NCBI GenBank assembly: GCA_964392665.1
Contig: CAYMQB010000007.1
Coordinates: 9,996 to 73,995 of the forward strand
From: an uncultured bacterium
GTDB lineage: Bacteria; Hydrothermota; E44-bin80
Reading direction: 5' to 3'
Length of the DNA: 64,000 bases
Positions 45,466-54,739 of this stretch are shown in pieces; position 1 is the first letter of the stretch, and each line of letters begins with the position of its first letter. The notes under the pieces are model-generated. The model was not told where the DNA came from and did no database searches. It saw only the letters and a program-made list of their open reading frames with translations. Position numbers and translations under genes: made by a program.

Positions 45466-47421
45466 TTAATATTCCTCTGTTGCAACTTCTACCATATCAA
45501 AAATCTGTTTCTTCGTGAAGTTCTTGTGCTGCATAGCACCACTGGGGCAGGCACCTGCACAGGCACCGCATCCTTCACAAAGAGCTTCATTTACAACTGC
45601 TACATTCTTTATAGGGTCAACCTCCACGGCAGTGTATGCGCATACACTTTCACAATTCCCACACCCGGCACATATCTCTTCGTCTACATATGCAATCACA
45701 GGATTTCCAAAAATATAATCTTTGCTGAAGAGTGCAAGTACCTTTGCGGCTGCACCGGAAGCCTGAGAAACAGCATCTGTAATGTCTTTTGGAAACTGTG
45801 ACATCCCGGCAATAAAAATCCCCGATGTTAAAGTCTCAAGCGGTCTTAGTTTCAGATGTGCTTCCTGAAACCATCCAAATTCGTCAGTTGAAAGTCTCAA
45901 TCTTTTTGCAAGTTCACTGCTCCCTTCCGATGGAATGATAGCGGTTGCAAGAACCACCAAGTCGGTAGACAACTCCACCTGCTCGCCTGTGAGTGTATCA
46001 ACGCCCCATAGTGTTAGATTCCCATTTTGCCTTGATATTTTCGAAATTTTCCCCCTTATATAAATTACATTATCTTCTTCTTTTGCTCTCTGTACGAATT
46101 CTTCATATCCTTTGCCATTAGAACGTATATCTATATAGAATATGTATGCCTGACCATCGGGAACTGCGTGTTTGTAAAGCATAGCCTGCTTTGCAAGATA
46201 CATACAACACACCCTTGAGCAGTATGCAACCCCATGTTCCGGGTCACGAGAACCTGCACAGGAGACAAAAGCAACATCTTTGGGAATCATTCTATTAGAA
46301 GGTCTTATTGGGACCCCATCTGTAGGACCCGAGGGGCATAAAAGCCTTTCGAATTGAAGTCCATTTATCACATCAGGGTCATTTACATATTCCTTTATTT
46401 GTTCGTTGGGCATCAGGTCAAAACCTGTTGCAACAACAATAGCGCCAACTTCCTCCTCGACTATTCTATCTTCTTGAGAAAAATCAACAGCCTCTCTCGG
46501 GCAAATGGACTGGCAGACCCTACAAGTCCCTTTAGTGAAGTGACCACAGTATTCTCTGTCTATAACGGGTATGTTAGGAACAGCCTGTGGAAAAGGTGTA
46601 TAAACAGCTTTCCTTTTACTCAAACCTAAATCAAACTCGCTTGTAACCGTAGTAAGACATTTTTCTATACACAAACCACAGCCATTACATTTTTCTCTAT
46701 CGATATAAGATGCCTTTTCTTTTATCTTCACCTTGAAATTCCCGACATACCCACTCACTTCTTCCACCTCGCTAAATGCATATATCTTAATATTCGGGTG
46801 CTGTGCAGCGGATACCATCTTGGGTGTCTCTATACATTGCGGACAATCAAGCGTGGGGAATGTTTCTGAAAGCTGTATCATTTTTCCACCGATGCTCGGG
46901 CTTTTCTCCACAAGAATTACCTCGTAACCTCCATCTGCAATATCAAGTGCTGTCTGTATCCCCGAAATCCCCCCACCTATTACCACTGCCCGTTTATTCA
47001 ATGGTATTCTTGCCGGTTCCAAACTGGCATCGTTTATAAGTTTATTTACCGTCATTTCTATTATCTTTAGGGCCTTGTTTGTAGCAAACTCCTTACCCTC
47101 ATGCTCGTGTGGCCAGGAACATTGTTCTCTTATATTCGCAATCTCACATCTATATGGATTAAGCCCTGCCCTCTCTGCTGCGTTTCTGAATGTCACCTCA
47201 TGAAGTGTAGGAGAACAGTTAGCAATAACAATACCATCAAGATGTTCCTTTTTTATCGTCTCTTCGACAAGTGATTGCCCCGGGTCAGCGCACATATACA
47301 TATAATGTGTGGAAAAAACCACACCTGGAATCTTTAATGATTCCGCTGCCGCTTTTTCTACATCAACTGCTTTGGCGATATTTAAACCACAATGACAGAC
47401 AAAAACTCCAATTCTGTTCAT
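45466..47421 (-). CDS. hdrA: Heterodisulfide reductase subunit A (HdrA-like FAD/FeS flavoprotein)
   Basis: N-terminal IGVFVCHCGLNIA domain, FAD GGGISG, inserted ferredoxin CNGCGLCIEKC..., C-terminal CAGCGNCESVC / CEGCGACAGACP clusters. Confidence 0.85.
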   Translation of the reverse strand: MNRIGVFVCHCGLNIAKAVDVEKAAAESLKIPGVVFSTHYMYMCADPGQSLVEETIKKEHLDGIVIANCSPTLHEVTFRNAAERAGLNPYRCEIANIREQCSWPHEHEGKEFATNKALKIIEMTVNKLINDASLEPARIPLNKRAVVIGGGISGIQTALDIADGGYEVILVEKSPSIGGKMIQLSETFPTLDCPQCIETPKMVSAAQHPNIKIYAFSEVEEVSGYVGNFKVKIKEKASYIDREKCNGCGLCIEKCLTTVTSEFDLGLSKRKAVYTPFPQAVPNIPVIDREYCGHFTKGTCRVCQSICPREAVDFSQEDRIVEEEVGAIVVATGFDLMPNEQIKEYVNDPDVINGLQFERLLCPSGPTDGVPIRPSNRMIPKDVAFVSCAGSRDPEHGVAYCSRVCCMYLAKQAMLYKHAVPDGQAYIFYIDIRSNGKGYEEFVQRAKEEDNVIYIRGKISKISRQNGNLTLWGVDTLTGEQVELSTDLVVLATAIIPSEGSSELAKRLRLSTDEFGWFQEAHLKLRPLETLTSGIFIAGMSQFPKDITDAVSQASGAAAKVLALFSKDYIFGNPVIAYVDEEICAGCGNCESVCAYTAVEVDPIKNVAVVNEALCEGCGACAGACPSGAMQHKNFTKKQIFDMVEVATEEY

Positions 47422-48083
47422 TTTTGTCGTCCTTTCGAGTCTATTTTTAGAACTTCCTCTATTGTCTCGCCGGTATTTTTCTTTCTGAACTCGTTCAGTT
47501 TCCCAAAAATGTTATCATTCAGTTTAATAAATTCACCATCAATAGTAATCGCTCCTGTGGGGCAAACATACGCGCATCCACCACAACCAATACAGGTATC
47601 AGAAATCTCAATAAACGGAGTTGCTACCTGTCTTTCCGATCCCCTTCCCACAAAATTTATGGCATGTGCTTCCGCAATTTCATCACAAACTCTTATGCAG
47701 AGCCCACATAAAATGCAATTGTTTTTATCTTCCAAAAACTTCCCTGCCTTAGCACCCATTTCCCTTGCAAGTTCTCTGATAACCTCTGAAGTTGAACTGC
47801 GGGCAAGCAGAAGTTCCATTATACCCTTTCGCAATTTCTTAATCCTCTCTGTGTCCGTTTTTACTACAAGTCCAGGTCGAACAATATACAGACACGAAGT
47901 TACTACCTTGCTCCTATTCCCTTCTTGGACTTCAACACTACAAAGCCTGCAAGCCCCCGATGGAGAAACTGCTTCATGATAGCAGAGCGCTGGGATTTTT
48001 ATCCCAACTCGTCTTGCAGTAGTAAGTATTGTTTCCCCTTCTACTGCCCCAAATTTTTTGCCATCTATTTCTATCTCTATCAT
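47418..48083 (-). CDS. 2Fe-2S + 4Fe-4S ferredoxin-like protein homologous to the N-terminal domains of NuoG/HydA (no catalytic domain)
   Basis: MIEIEIDGKKF...CYHEAVSPSGACRLCSV (plant-type 2Fe-2S) followed by CILCGLCIRVC and CIGCGGCAYVCP; only 221 aa. Confidence 0.7.
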   Translation of the reverse strand: MIEIEIDGKKFGAVEGETILTTARRVGIKIPALCYHEAVSPSGACRLCSVEVQEGNRSKVVTSCLYIVRPGLVVKTDTERIKKLRKGIMELLLARSSTSEVIRELAREMGAKAGKFLEDKNNCILCGLCIRVCDEIAEAHAINFVGRGSERQVATPFIEISDTCIGCGGCAYVCPTGAITIDGEFIKLNDNIFGKLNEFRKKNTGETIEEVLKIDSKGRQK

Positions 48084-49903
48084 TTTTTAAACACCGCATC
48101 AAAATTGCACACTTGATAACATATTCCACATTTTATGCATTTCGATGTATCTATCACATGGTTCTCCTTTTGCTCCCCGGAAATAGCACCTACAGGGCAT
48201 TTCCTTGCGCACAGAGTACATCCTGTACACTTTTCCGGGTCAATCCCGTATTCTATTAATTCCTTACATACACCAGCAGGGCATTTCTTATCCTTAATGT
48301 GTGCGTTAAATTCGTCTCTGAAGAATTTTATCGCAGTGAGAACCGGATTTGCTGCACTTTTGCCAAGCCCACATAGAGCACCATATTGAAGGGTAAACGC
48401 TATCTCTTCTAATAACCCAATGTCTTCCTCTTTGCCTTCTCCACTTGAGATCCGATCCAATATTTCTTTCATTCTCTTCAGTCCTTCTCTGCAAGGAACA
48501 CATTTCCCACAAGATTCTGTTACAAGGAATGAAATGAAATATTTGGCCATATCTACCATACAGGTATCTTCATCCCCTACGACCATTCCACCCGAACCCA
48601 TCATCGAGCCGGCATTAGTCAGGCTGTCAAAATCAACAGGAAGGTCAAGCAGTTCTTCTGGCAAAAACCCCCCTGAAGGCCCACCGGTTTGAACCATTTT
48701 AAACTTTTTTCCCTTCTTGATTCCGCCACCAATATTGAAGATTATGTCCCTTAATGTGACACCCATTGGTACTTCGACAAGCCCAGTATTATTAACTTTA
48801 CCTGTCAAGGAAAAAACCTTTGTTCCTTTACTACCTCCCCATGGGCTCCTCGATACATCACCTGTCCCTATAGTGGTAAACCACTTCGCACCTCTGTTTA
48901 TTATCACAGGTATGTTAGCCCATGTTTCAACATTGTTGAGACAGGAAGGTTTGTTCCATAGACCATACTCAACGGTATGAATGTATTTCGCCCTTGGAAC
49001 CCCGGCTTTCCCTTCTAACGAAGCCATCAGTGCAGTTGATTCGCCGCAAACAAAGGCACCTGCACCTCTGTGAACTTCAATGTCAAAATTAAAACCCGTA
49101 TCAAAAATATTGTTACCAAGAAGTCCATATTCTCGAGCCTGCATAATAGCAGTATTCAAGCGATCCAATGCGATTGGATATTCTTTTCTTATATATACAT
49201 ACCCTTCTTGGGCGCCTACAGCATATGCACCTATAATCATTCCTTCAATAACAGAATGAGGATCAGACTCCATAATAGTCCTATCCATATATGCTCCAGG
49301 ATCACCCTCGTCTGCGTTACATATCACATATCTAATTTCCGACCTTTTTTCACCAGCCCGTCTACAGGATTCCCATTTGATACCCGTGGGAAAACCCCCT
49401 CCTCCCCTACCACGTAAACCTGATGCTTTAATCTCCTCAATTACCTCTTCTGGTTTCATAGTAGAAACCACCTTTGCGAGCGCAGAATATCCATCACGTG
49501 CGATATAATCAGTAATTTTTTCGGGGTCTATTAATCCCCTATTACGCAAGGCGATAAGAACTTGTTGTCTAAAAAACGGTATTTCCGGCAGAGTAGGGAT
49601 AGGCATTTTTTCCTTAGGTGGTGTATACATTAGTTTCTTTACAGGTCTACCTTTAAGAAAATGCTCTTCAACAAGAAACGGCACATCCTTTTCCTTAACC
49701 CCTTGGTAGAAAACGCCATCCGGTTGAACCAATATTATTGGTCCCGCATCACAAAAACCGAAGCATCCGGTTGAAACCAGCCTAATTTCTTCCGTAAGAT
49801 TGTGTTTCTTCAATTCTTTTGCAATACTTTCCCTTATTTCAAACGAGTTGTTTTCTATACAAGTTGTTCCCATACAAATCAAAACATCTGTTCTAAATGG
49901 CAT
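48080..49903 (-). CDS. NuoF/HndC/HydB-like NADH-binding FMN flavoprotein subunit (51-kDa-type)
   Basis: N-terminal thioredoxin-like 2Fe-2S, GRGGGGFPTG FMN/NADH site, SCGKCVPCREG N3 cluster, C-terminal 2x[4Fe-4S]. Confidence 0.85.
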   Translation of the reverse strand: MPFRTDVLICMGTTCIENNSFEIRESIAKELKKHNLTEEIRLVSTGCFGFCDAGPIILVQPDGVFYQGVKEKDVPFLVEEHFLKGRPVKKLMYTPPKEKMPIPTLPEIPFFRQQVLIALRNRGLIDPEKITDYIARDGYSALAKVVSTMKPEEVIEEIKASGLRGRGGGGFPTGIKWESCRRAGEKRSEIRYVICNADEGDPGAYMDRTIMESDPHSVIEGMIIGAYAVGAQEGYVYIRKEYPIALDRLNTAIMQAREYGLLGNNIFDTGFNFDIEVHRGAGAFVCGESTALMASLEGKAGVPRAKYIHTVEYGLWNKPSCLNNVETWANIPVIINRGAKWFTTIGTGDVSRSPWGGSKGTKVFSLTGKVNNTGLVEVPMGVTLRDIIFNIGGGIKKGKKFKMVQTGGPSGGFLPEELLDLPVDFDSLTNAGSMMGSGGMVVGDEDTCMVDMAKYFISFLVTESCGKCVPCREGLKRMKEILDRISSGEGKEEDIGLLEEIAFTLQYGALCGLGKSAANPVLTAIKFFRDEFNAHIKDKKCPAGVCKELIEYGIDPEKCTGCTLCARKCPVGAISGEQKENHVIDTSKCIKCGICYQVCNFDAVFKK

Positions 49904-49921
49904 TTTACTTATCCTCTTTAG

Positions 49922-50305
49922 CTACTCTGTCTTTTCGCTTCCCGCGGCCAATGCATATTCCTTAATTATCTCGCCCTTCTGAACATGCTTTTCAAATATT
50001 TCCTCTATTTTTTTCTCCGTAAGGTCAACATATTTAACAGGCGGCATCCCTTTAACTTCAACCGTTGCCATTGGCTCGCGGCTGCAAAGACCAGCACATC
50101 CACTGGTCGTAAGTATAACATCTTCCACTTGTTTTTCTTCTATTATCTTCAAGAGTGCATTCATAATTTTGCGTGCGCCTGCGGCAATTCCACAAGTTCC
50201 CATATGTACTACAATCTTAGCTCTTCCTTTTCCTTCTCGAAGAATGGAGGTTCTCCGAGCCTTTTCCTTTATCTTCTTCAAGTCCTCCGGTGTTATTCTC
50301 GGCAT
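49922..50305 (-). CDS. Thioredoxin-like [2Fe-2S] ferredoxin (HydD/HndB-like)
   Basis: About 127 aa, Cys pattern HMGTCGIAAG...SGCAGLC. Confidence 0.65.
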   Translation of the reverse strand: MPRITPEDLKKIKEKARRTSILREGKGRAKIVVHMGTCGIAAGARKIMNALLKIIEEKQVEDVILTTSGCAGLCSREPMATVEVKGMPPVKYVDLTEKKIEEIFEKHVQKGEIIKEYALAAGSEKTE

Positions 50306-50314
50306 TAATTCCTC

Positions 50315-50851
50315 CTAACCTTCCTCTGCTTTCAATTTTTCTTTTATCTCTTTGTATTTCTTGCTAATATCTACTTTCTTTCTTGGAATAGACCTGTACT
50401 TTTCCAGTATGCTCGGCACCTGATCGGGAGTAAAATTACCATATATTTCCCTGTTTATTGAAACTACAGGAGCCAATCCACAGCAACCGAGACATCTTAC
50501 AATATCCAGACTGAAATCCATCTTCTCGTCCATCTCATCAACCTTTATTCCAAGTTCCCTCTCGAATGCCTCAAGAATTATGTCTGCCCCTTGCACATGG
50601 CATGCTGTACCCATACAGACACCTATTCCGAATCTACCTCTTGGTTTTAAGCTGAAAGCCCTATAGAATGTTGCGATACTGACTATTTCTGATAAGGGTA
50701 CCTCTAAGCATTTGGACAACTCAGTCAATGAATTTTTAGGGAGATAGTTATACTCCTCTTGAATATCATGCAAAATCTCGATTAAGCAGTCTTTACGACC
50801 ATCCCATCGCCCTACTATTTCTTCAATTACCAGAGGATTTACTTCGTTCAT
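50315..50851 (-). CDS. NuoE/HndA/HydC-like 24-kDa-type [2Fe-2S] subunit
   Basis: CMGTACHVQG...RCLGCCGLAPV signature. Confidence 0.85.
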   Translation of the reverse strand: MNEVNPLVIEEIVGRWDGRKDCLIEILHDIQEEYNYLPKNSLTELSKCLEVPLSEIVSIATFYRAFSLKPRGRFGIGVCMGTACHVQGADIILEAFERELGIKVDEMDEKMDFSLDIVRCLGCCGLAPVVSINREIYGNFTPDQVPSILEKYRSIPRKKVDISKKYKEIKEKLKAEEG

Positions 50852-50867
50852 CTGTAATCCACCTTTT

Positions 50868-51401
50868 CTAAGTATTTCTCTTTTTTTTTAGACCTTCTCT
50901 TAATATTCTAATTCCCTGTGAAGAGCTTATGGGTATATCCTGGAGTTTTTCTCGAATCTCTTCTGTATCGAAAATAGAGAGTTTTCCATCTTTTCTGTGT
51001 TCATAAAGAAAATTAACCGATGGATTTCCAATAACAAGTGTTTCAATTGTTTTCCCGACATCACCGAGTGGCTGGCGATCAATATGGCTATATTGGAAAC
51101 TAGCTCTTACGATAGTTCCTTTTCCCTCGTTTGACTCTATGGAGAATTTTCCATTAGCCATTTCGGCTGCTTGTTTCAAGAGTGTAAGACCCAGACCAAC
51201 CTTTCTCACCTTTTTACTTGTGAAAAAGGGATCTGTTGCTTTTTCCAATATGTTACGTGACATACCCTCACCATTATCTCCAATTTCAATAGTTAGCTTA
51301 TCTTCCTGTATGTTTTCGTTTACAGCAATATGCACCTTGCTTGCTCCTGCTCTTACTGAGTTTTCGACAATATCCAGAACATGTAAAGAAATATCTTCCA
51401 T
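50868..51401 (-). CDS. Histidine-kinase-like ATPase (HATPase_c) domain protein
   Basis: GHKL N/G1/G2 boxes (ENSVRAGAS; DNGEGM; GLGLTL). Confidence 0.7.
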   Translation of the reverse strand: MEDISLHVLDIVENSVRAGASKVHIAVNENIQEDKLTIEIGDNGEGMSRNILEKATDPFFTSKKVRKVGLGLTLLKQAAEMANGKFSIESNEGKGTIVRASFQYSHIDRQPLGDVGKTIETLVIGNPSVNFLYEHRKDGKLSIFDTEEIREKLQDIPISSSQGIRILREGLKKKRNT

Positions 51402-51402
51402 G

Positions 51403-52146
51403 TTACTGTGCGCTTAAAACCTTTCTCCCCTCTACACCCTTAAATGCCTTGTAAAGTTCTTCCGCATTCGTATCTTCAAGTAAAAACGATGTTGTTTTCT
51501 TCCCGATGTCCTCCAAATAGTGAGCATCGGAGAAACTAACGATCGGAAAATTGTCAATCTCCGGATGAGTTACGCGTAACTGTCTCAATTTGCCTAACGA
51601 TGAAACCTCGACACCATCCAGCTTGAGTCCACTGGGGATAAAACCTAATTGACCAATAATGCTAAAAGCTTCTCGGTCAATATGTGAGGCAATAGCAACA
51701 CCACCCAGGTTATGAACTATATCGATAATTTGCTCGAGAAAAAGTGTTGTGGCTCCAATCAATAATCTCTCATTGATGCCGAGCATTTCGTCTTTGTCGT
51801 CCACTATTACCTGTTCACCAAAAACTACTTCATTATTGATTCCGGGTAAGTGTTCGTAAACTATATTTTTAATGTTTTCAAGTCCGGCGCCTGTCCTGAA
51901 AAATGCAAGAATGTGAGCTTCTTCCTGAGAGGTTATTTCAATCCCTCCTATAACAGACACCCCTTCTTTCTCTCCCGCTTTCTGAACAGCTGCAACATTT
52001 TCAGTTGTATTGTGGTCACATATTCCAATTATGTCCAAGTTTTTCTCCTTTGCCTTCATAATTATCAAAGTTGGTAGCATACTCAAATCACCACAGGGAG
52101 AAAGGCATGTATGAATATGCAAATCTCCTCTAAATTCCTCCAGCAT
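51403..52146 (-). CDS. PHP-domain (polymerase/histidinol-phosphatase-like) protein
   Basis: FRGDLHIHT..., later HxD metal motifs; probable start at internal Met (MLEEFRGDLHIHT). Confidence 0.7.
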   Translation of the reverse strand: MLEEFRGDLHIHTCLSPCGDLSMLPTLIIMKAKEKNLDIIGICDHNTTENVAAVQKAGEKEGVSVIGGIEITSQEEAHILAFFRTGAGLENIKNIVYEHLPGINNEVVFGEQVIVDDKDEMLGINERLLIGATTLFLEQIIDIVHNLGGVAIASHIDREAFSIIGQLGFIPSGLKLDGVEVSSLGKLRQLRVTHPEIDNFPIVSFSDAHYLEDIGKKTTSFLLEDTNAEELYKAFKGVEGRKVLSAQ

Positions 52147-52489
52147 CAGCAGTCCCAGGAATACCCATTCTATGTAATTTCCCAACAACTTCGAAAGCTG
52201 GTAAATTGCTCACCAAAATAGGTATTCCCTCTTTTTCAGCTTTTTTGATTGTTTCATTTTCAGGTACTCTACTATTAACCAACACAATTCCCGCAAGGTT
52301 CTTAAGCGAAGCAACAGCAACTATATTTTGATGAATTTGGAGTGTAATCCAGATATCTCCCTCGCGGCTATTTGCCATAACATCACTTAACAGATCACTA
52401 ACGTATCCTCCACTGATTTCTTTGTCAAGATTACTGGATCCAGTTTTTACATCAAGCTCCAATTTATCAACGATCTCTTTAAGTTTCAT
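52130..52489 (-). CDS. DRTGG-domain protein
   Basis: About 119 aa with the conserved D-R-T-G-G-like segment (GDIWITLQ...VNSRVP). Confidence 0.6.
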   Translation of the reverse strand: MKLKEIVDKLELDVKTGSSNLDKEISGGYVSDLLSDVMANSREGDIWITLQIHQNIVAVASLKNLAGIVLVNSRVPENETIKKAEKEGIPILVSNLPAFEVVGKLHRMGIPGTADAGGI

Positions 52490-53406
52490 TCTTTCCCCAT
52501 TTTGATAATTATCGTAATACGCGTCCCTTTTTCAACGGAAGAATCAATGGACATCTCATCGCTACACTTCTTAATGTTTGCCAACCCCATGCCTGCACCA
52601 AAACCCATCTCCCTGACCCAGTCGGGGGCAGTTGAATATCCGGGTCGCATCGCTTTCTCTACATCAGGAATCCCAGGGCCACTATCTTCCGCTTCAATTT
52701 TGATCAGCTCAGGTCTAACCTCTGCCTTTATTTTCCCTTTATCAGTAAAAACCACAATGTTCATTTCCGCTTCATAGGTTGCGATAGCCACCCTGCGAAT
52801 AATGCTGGGACTGATATTGAGACGGGTTAGAGTTTTCTTTAACTCACTCGAGCTCTTCCCTGCTTCCGAGAAATCTCTTCCATTAATACTGTAAAGTAGT
52901 ATCAGAGCAGCGTGGTCCGCAAGCGTATCTTCAAATATATGGCTTGCACGATAACGATGAATTTCCTCTTCATGATAATCTATTTCCAGACGTTTCAGCA
53001 ATCCTTTTATAATGTCACCTTTGGTAAGCATTCCAACAAGGTTTTTTGTTCCTCTGTCAAGAACAGGAAATCTCCCAAGCCCAAATTGGTCAAACTTACT
53101 TACCGCATGGATAACCGGATCATCCGCATACACGGTTTTTACACCTTTACTCATTCTTTTTTCTATTTCCGTATCCACTTCGCCACTTGATAGCCAGTTG
53201 ATAAAGTCCTCAATGCTGATAATACCCACAAGTGAATGCCCGTTAACAACAGGCACGCCGGATATATTGTTATCCTTCAATATTTTTCTTAACTCGCTCA
53301 TTAGCATCCTTGGAGAAACTGTAATAGTATTTTTCTTCATTACCTCACTCACCTTCAACTCGTAAGCAAGCTCTTGAACCCTGGTAAAACTCTGATCCTT
53401 CATCAC
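52486..53406 (-). CDS. CBS-pair + HATPase-like domain protein
   Basis: Two CBS motifs (ISGVPVVNGHSLVGIIS; LGRFPVLDRGTKNLVGMLT) then GHKL-like C-terminus (GFGAGMGLANIK). Confidence 0.65.
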   Translation of the reverse strand: MMKDQSFTRVQELAYELKVSEVMKKNTITVSPRMLMSELRKILKDNNISGVPVVNGHSLVGIISIEDFINWLSSGEVDTEIEKRMSKGVKTVYADDPVIHAVSKFDQFGLGRFPVLDRGTKNLVGMLTKGDIIKGLLKRLEIDYHEEEIHRYRASHIFEDTLADHAALILLYSINGRDFSEAGKSSSELKKTLTRLNISPSIIRRVAIATYEAEMNIVVFTDKGKIKAEVRPELIKIEAEDSGPGIPDVEKAMRPGYSTAPDWVREMGFGAGMGLANIKKCSDEMSIDSSVEKGTRITIIIKMGKE

Positions 53407-53765
53407 TTACTCTCTTTATACTCTATCCTCCCGAGTAAACCATTCTGATACAATTTTCCACACGCTTCAAACATTGTCAAATCAGTTGAAAGAAGTACAA
53501 TACCTTTTTCCTTTGCCAGTTCCACAGTCTCTTGTAATGGTTTTTTTGACCGAACAAAACAGATGGCAACCAGGTCAGCCATTTCTGCCGTGCGCACCGA
53601 CTGTGGATTTATAAGCCCTGTTAGTAACAGAGAACCTGATTTCATAAATGCCAGAACATCGCTCATCAGGTCTGAACCACCAGCCATTTTAATCTCTTTG
53701 TTCAAATCGTTGTCACCTGCAAGTACTACTGCATCTAGTATCTCTTTTATCCTTTCCAGTTTCAT
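53403..53765 (-). CDS. DRTGG-domain protein
   Basis: Paralogous to 52130-52489 (LLTGLINPQSVRTAEMADL). Confidence 0.6.
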   Translation of the reverse strand: MKLERIKEILDAVVLAGDNDLNKEIKMAGGSDLMSDVLAFMKSGSLLLTGLINPQSVRTAEMADLVAICFVRSKKPLQETVELAKEKGIVLLSTDLTMFEACGKLYQNGLLGRIEYKESK

Positions 53766-53840
53766 CTATTATACACTCTCTTCCTTTTTTACAGCCGAAT
53801 CCTCGAGATCATGGATTTATTCCGACAACGCATATACAAA

Positions 53841-54734
53841 TCATACTTTCCCCTTAACCAAAAAACCCTTTTCTTCCATTTTCTCGGTTGGACTAACTAT
53901 ATTTAGGTCAAAACGAGTCCCTGATTCATCGTAACCGAAAGCAAGAGCCAACAGTTGAGTGAAGTAAACAATAGGCATTTTTTTGAAGCCGAAATATTTC
54001 TCAGCCACATCCTCCTGCTTTGCTTCAAGGTTATAGGCACAGAGTGGACAGGAAAGCGCTATAAGATCAGCGCCTGCATTCCTTGCCGAGTTGACTATCG
54101 TTCGTGTTCTTTCGATAACAATATCCGGTCTTCTCAATGTCTGATAACTTCCACAACATTCATTCTTATACGGAAATTTAACGGTTTCCGCTCCTGTCAA
54201 ATTAATCACATCTTCAAAAATCGTCGGTTCTTCAATGTCATCGATTGCTGCTTCTTCCGGTCGAAGGAGCATACAACCATAATAAGTTGCAATTTTTAAA
54301 CCACTTAGAGAAATCTTTGTTTGCTCTTTTAACCTATCAAATCCAATTCTCTTCAGTAACTCGAGCAGATGAATGACTTTGACCTCTCCGTCATATTTTA
54401 CGATTTCTTTGTACATAAAATCCTTTATTTTATCTTTCTTTTCAATATCCTTCTTAACAAGTAAATTTGCCCTCTTCAATGTGTTGTAGCACATCGAACA
54501 TAAAGTAACAACTTCACTTCCACCTTCTTCTTTAACCCTGAGAAGGTTTCTAACCGGAGCAAGCTGGTGTATGATATCATCGGAAGTTAGTGAATATACT
54601 GTTCCACAACAGGTCCATCTTTTCAACTCGTCCAATTCAATCCCGAGTTTTCCAAGAACTGCAATTGCTGAAATCTCAAAATGCTGAGCAGTCGTTTTTA
54701 TTGTGCATCCAGGATAATATTTTACCTTTTCCAT
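53841..54734 (-). CDS. hdrB: Heterodisulfide reductase subunit B (two CCG domains)
   Basis: YYPGCT...CCGT and YYGCM...CCGS: duplicated Cx(n)CCGx(n)CxxC cysteine-rich domains. Confidence 0.85.
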   Translation of the reverse strand: MEKVKYYPGCTIKTTAQHFEISAIAVLGKLGIELDELKRWTCCGTVYSLTSDDIIHQLAPVRNLLRVKEEGGSEVVTLCSMCYNTLKRANLLVKKDIEKKDKIKDFMYKEIVKYDGEVKVIHLLELLKRIGFDRLKEQTKISLSGLKIATYYGCMLLRPEEAAIDDIEEPTIFEDVINLTGAETVKFPYKNECCGSYQTLRRPDIVIERTRTIVNSARNAGADLIALSCPLCAYNLEAKQEDVAEKYFGFKKMPIVYFTQLLALAFGYDESGTRFDLNIVSPTEKMEEKGFLVKGKV

Positions 54735-54739
54735 GTTTC

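Noticed and set aside
45515-49417. Multiple 60-115-aa plus-strand ORFs inside hdrA/nuoF-like genes
   Set aside because: Antisense to strongly supported Fe-S/flavoprotein genes; no independent support.
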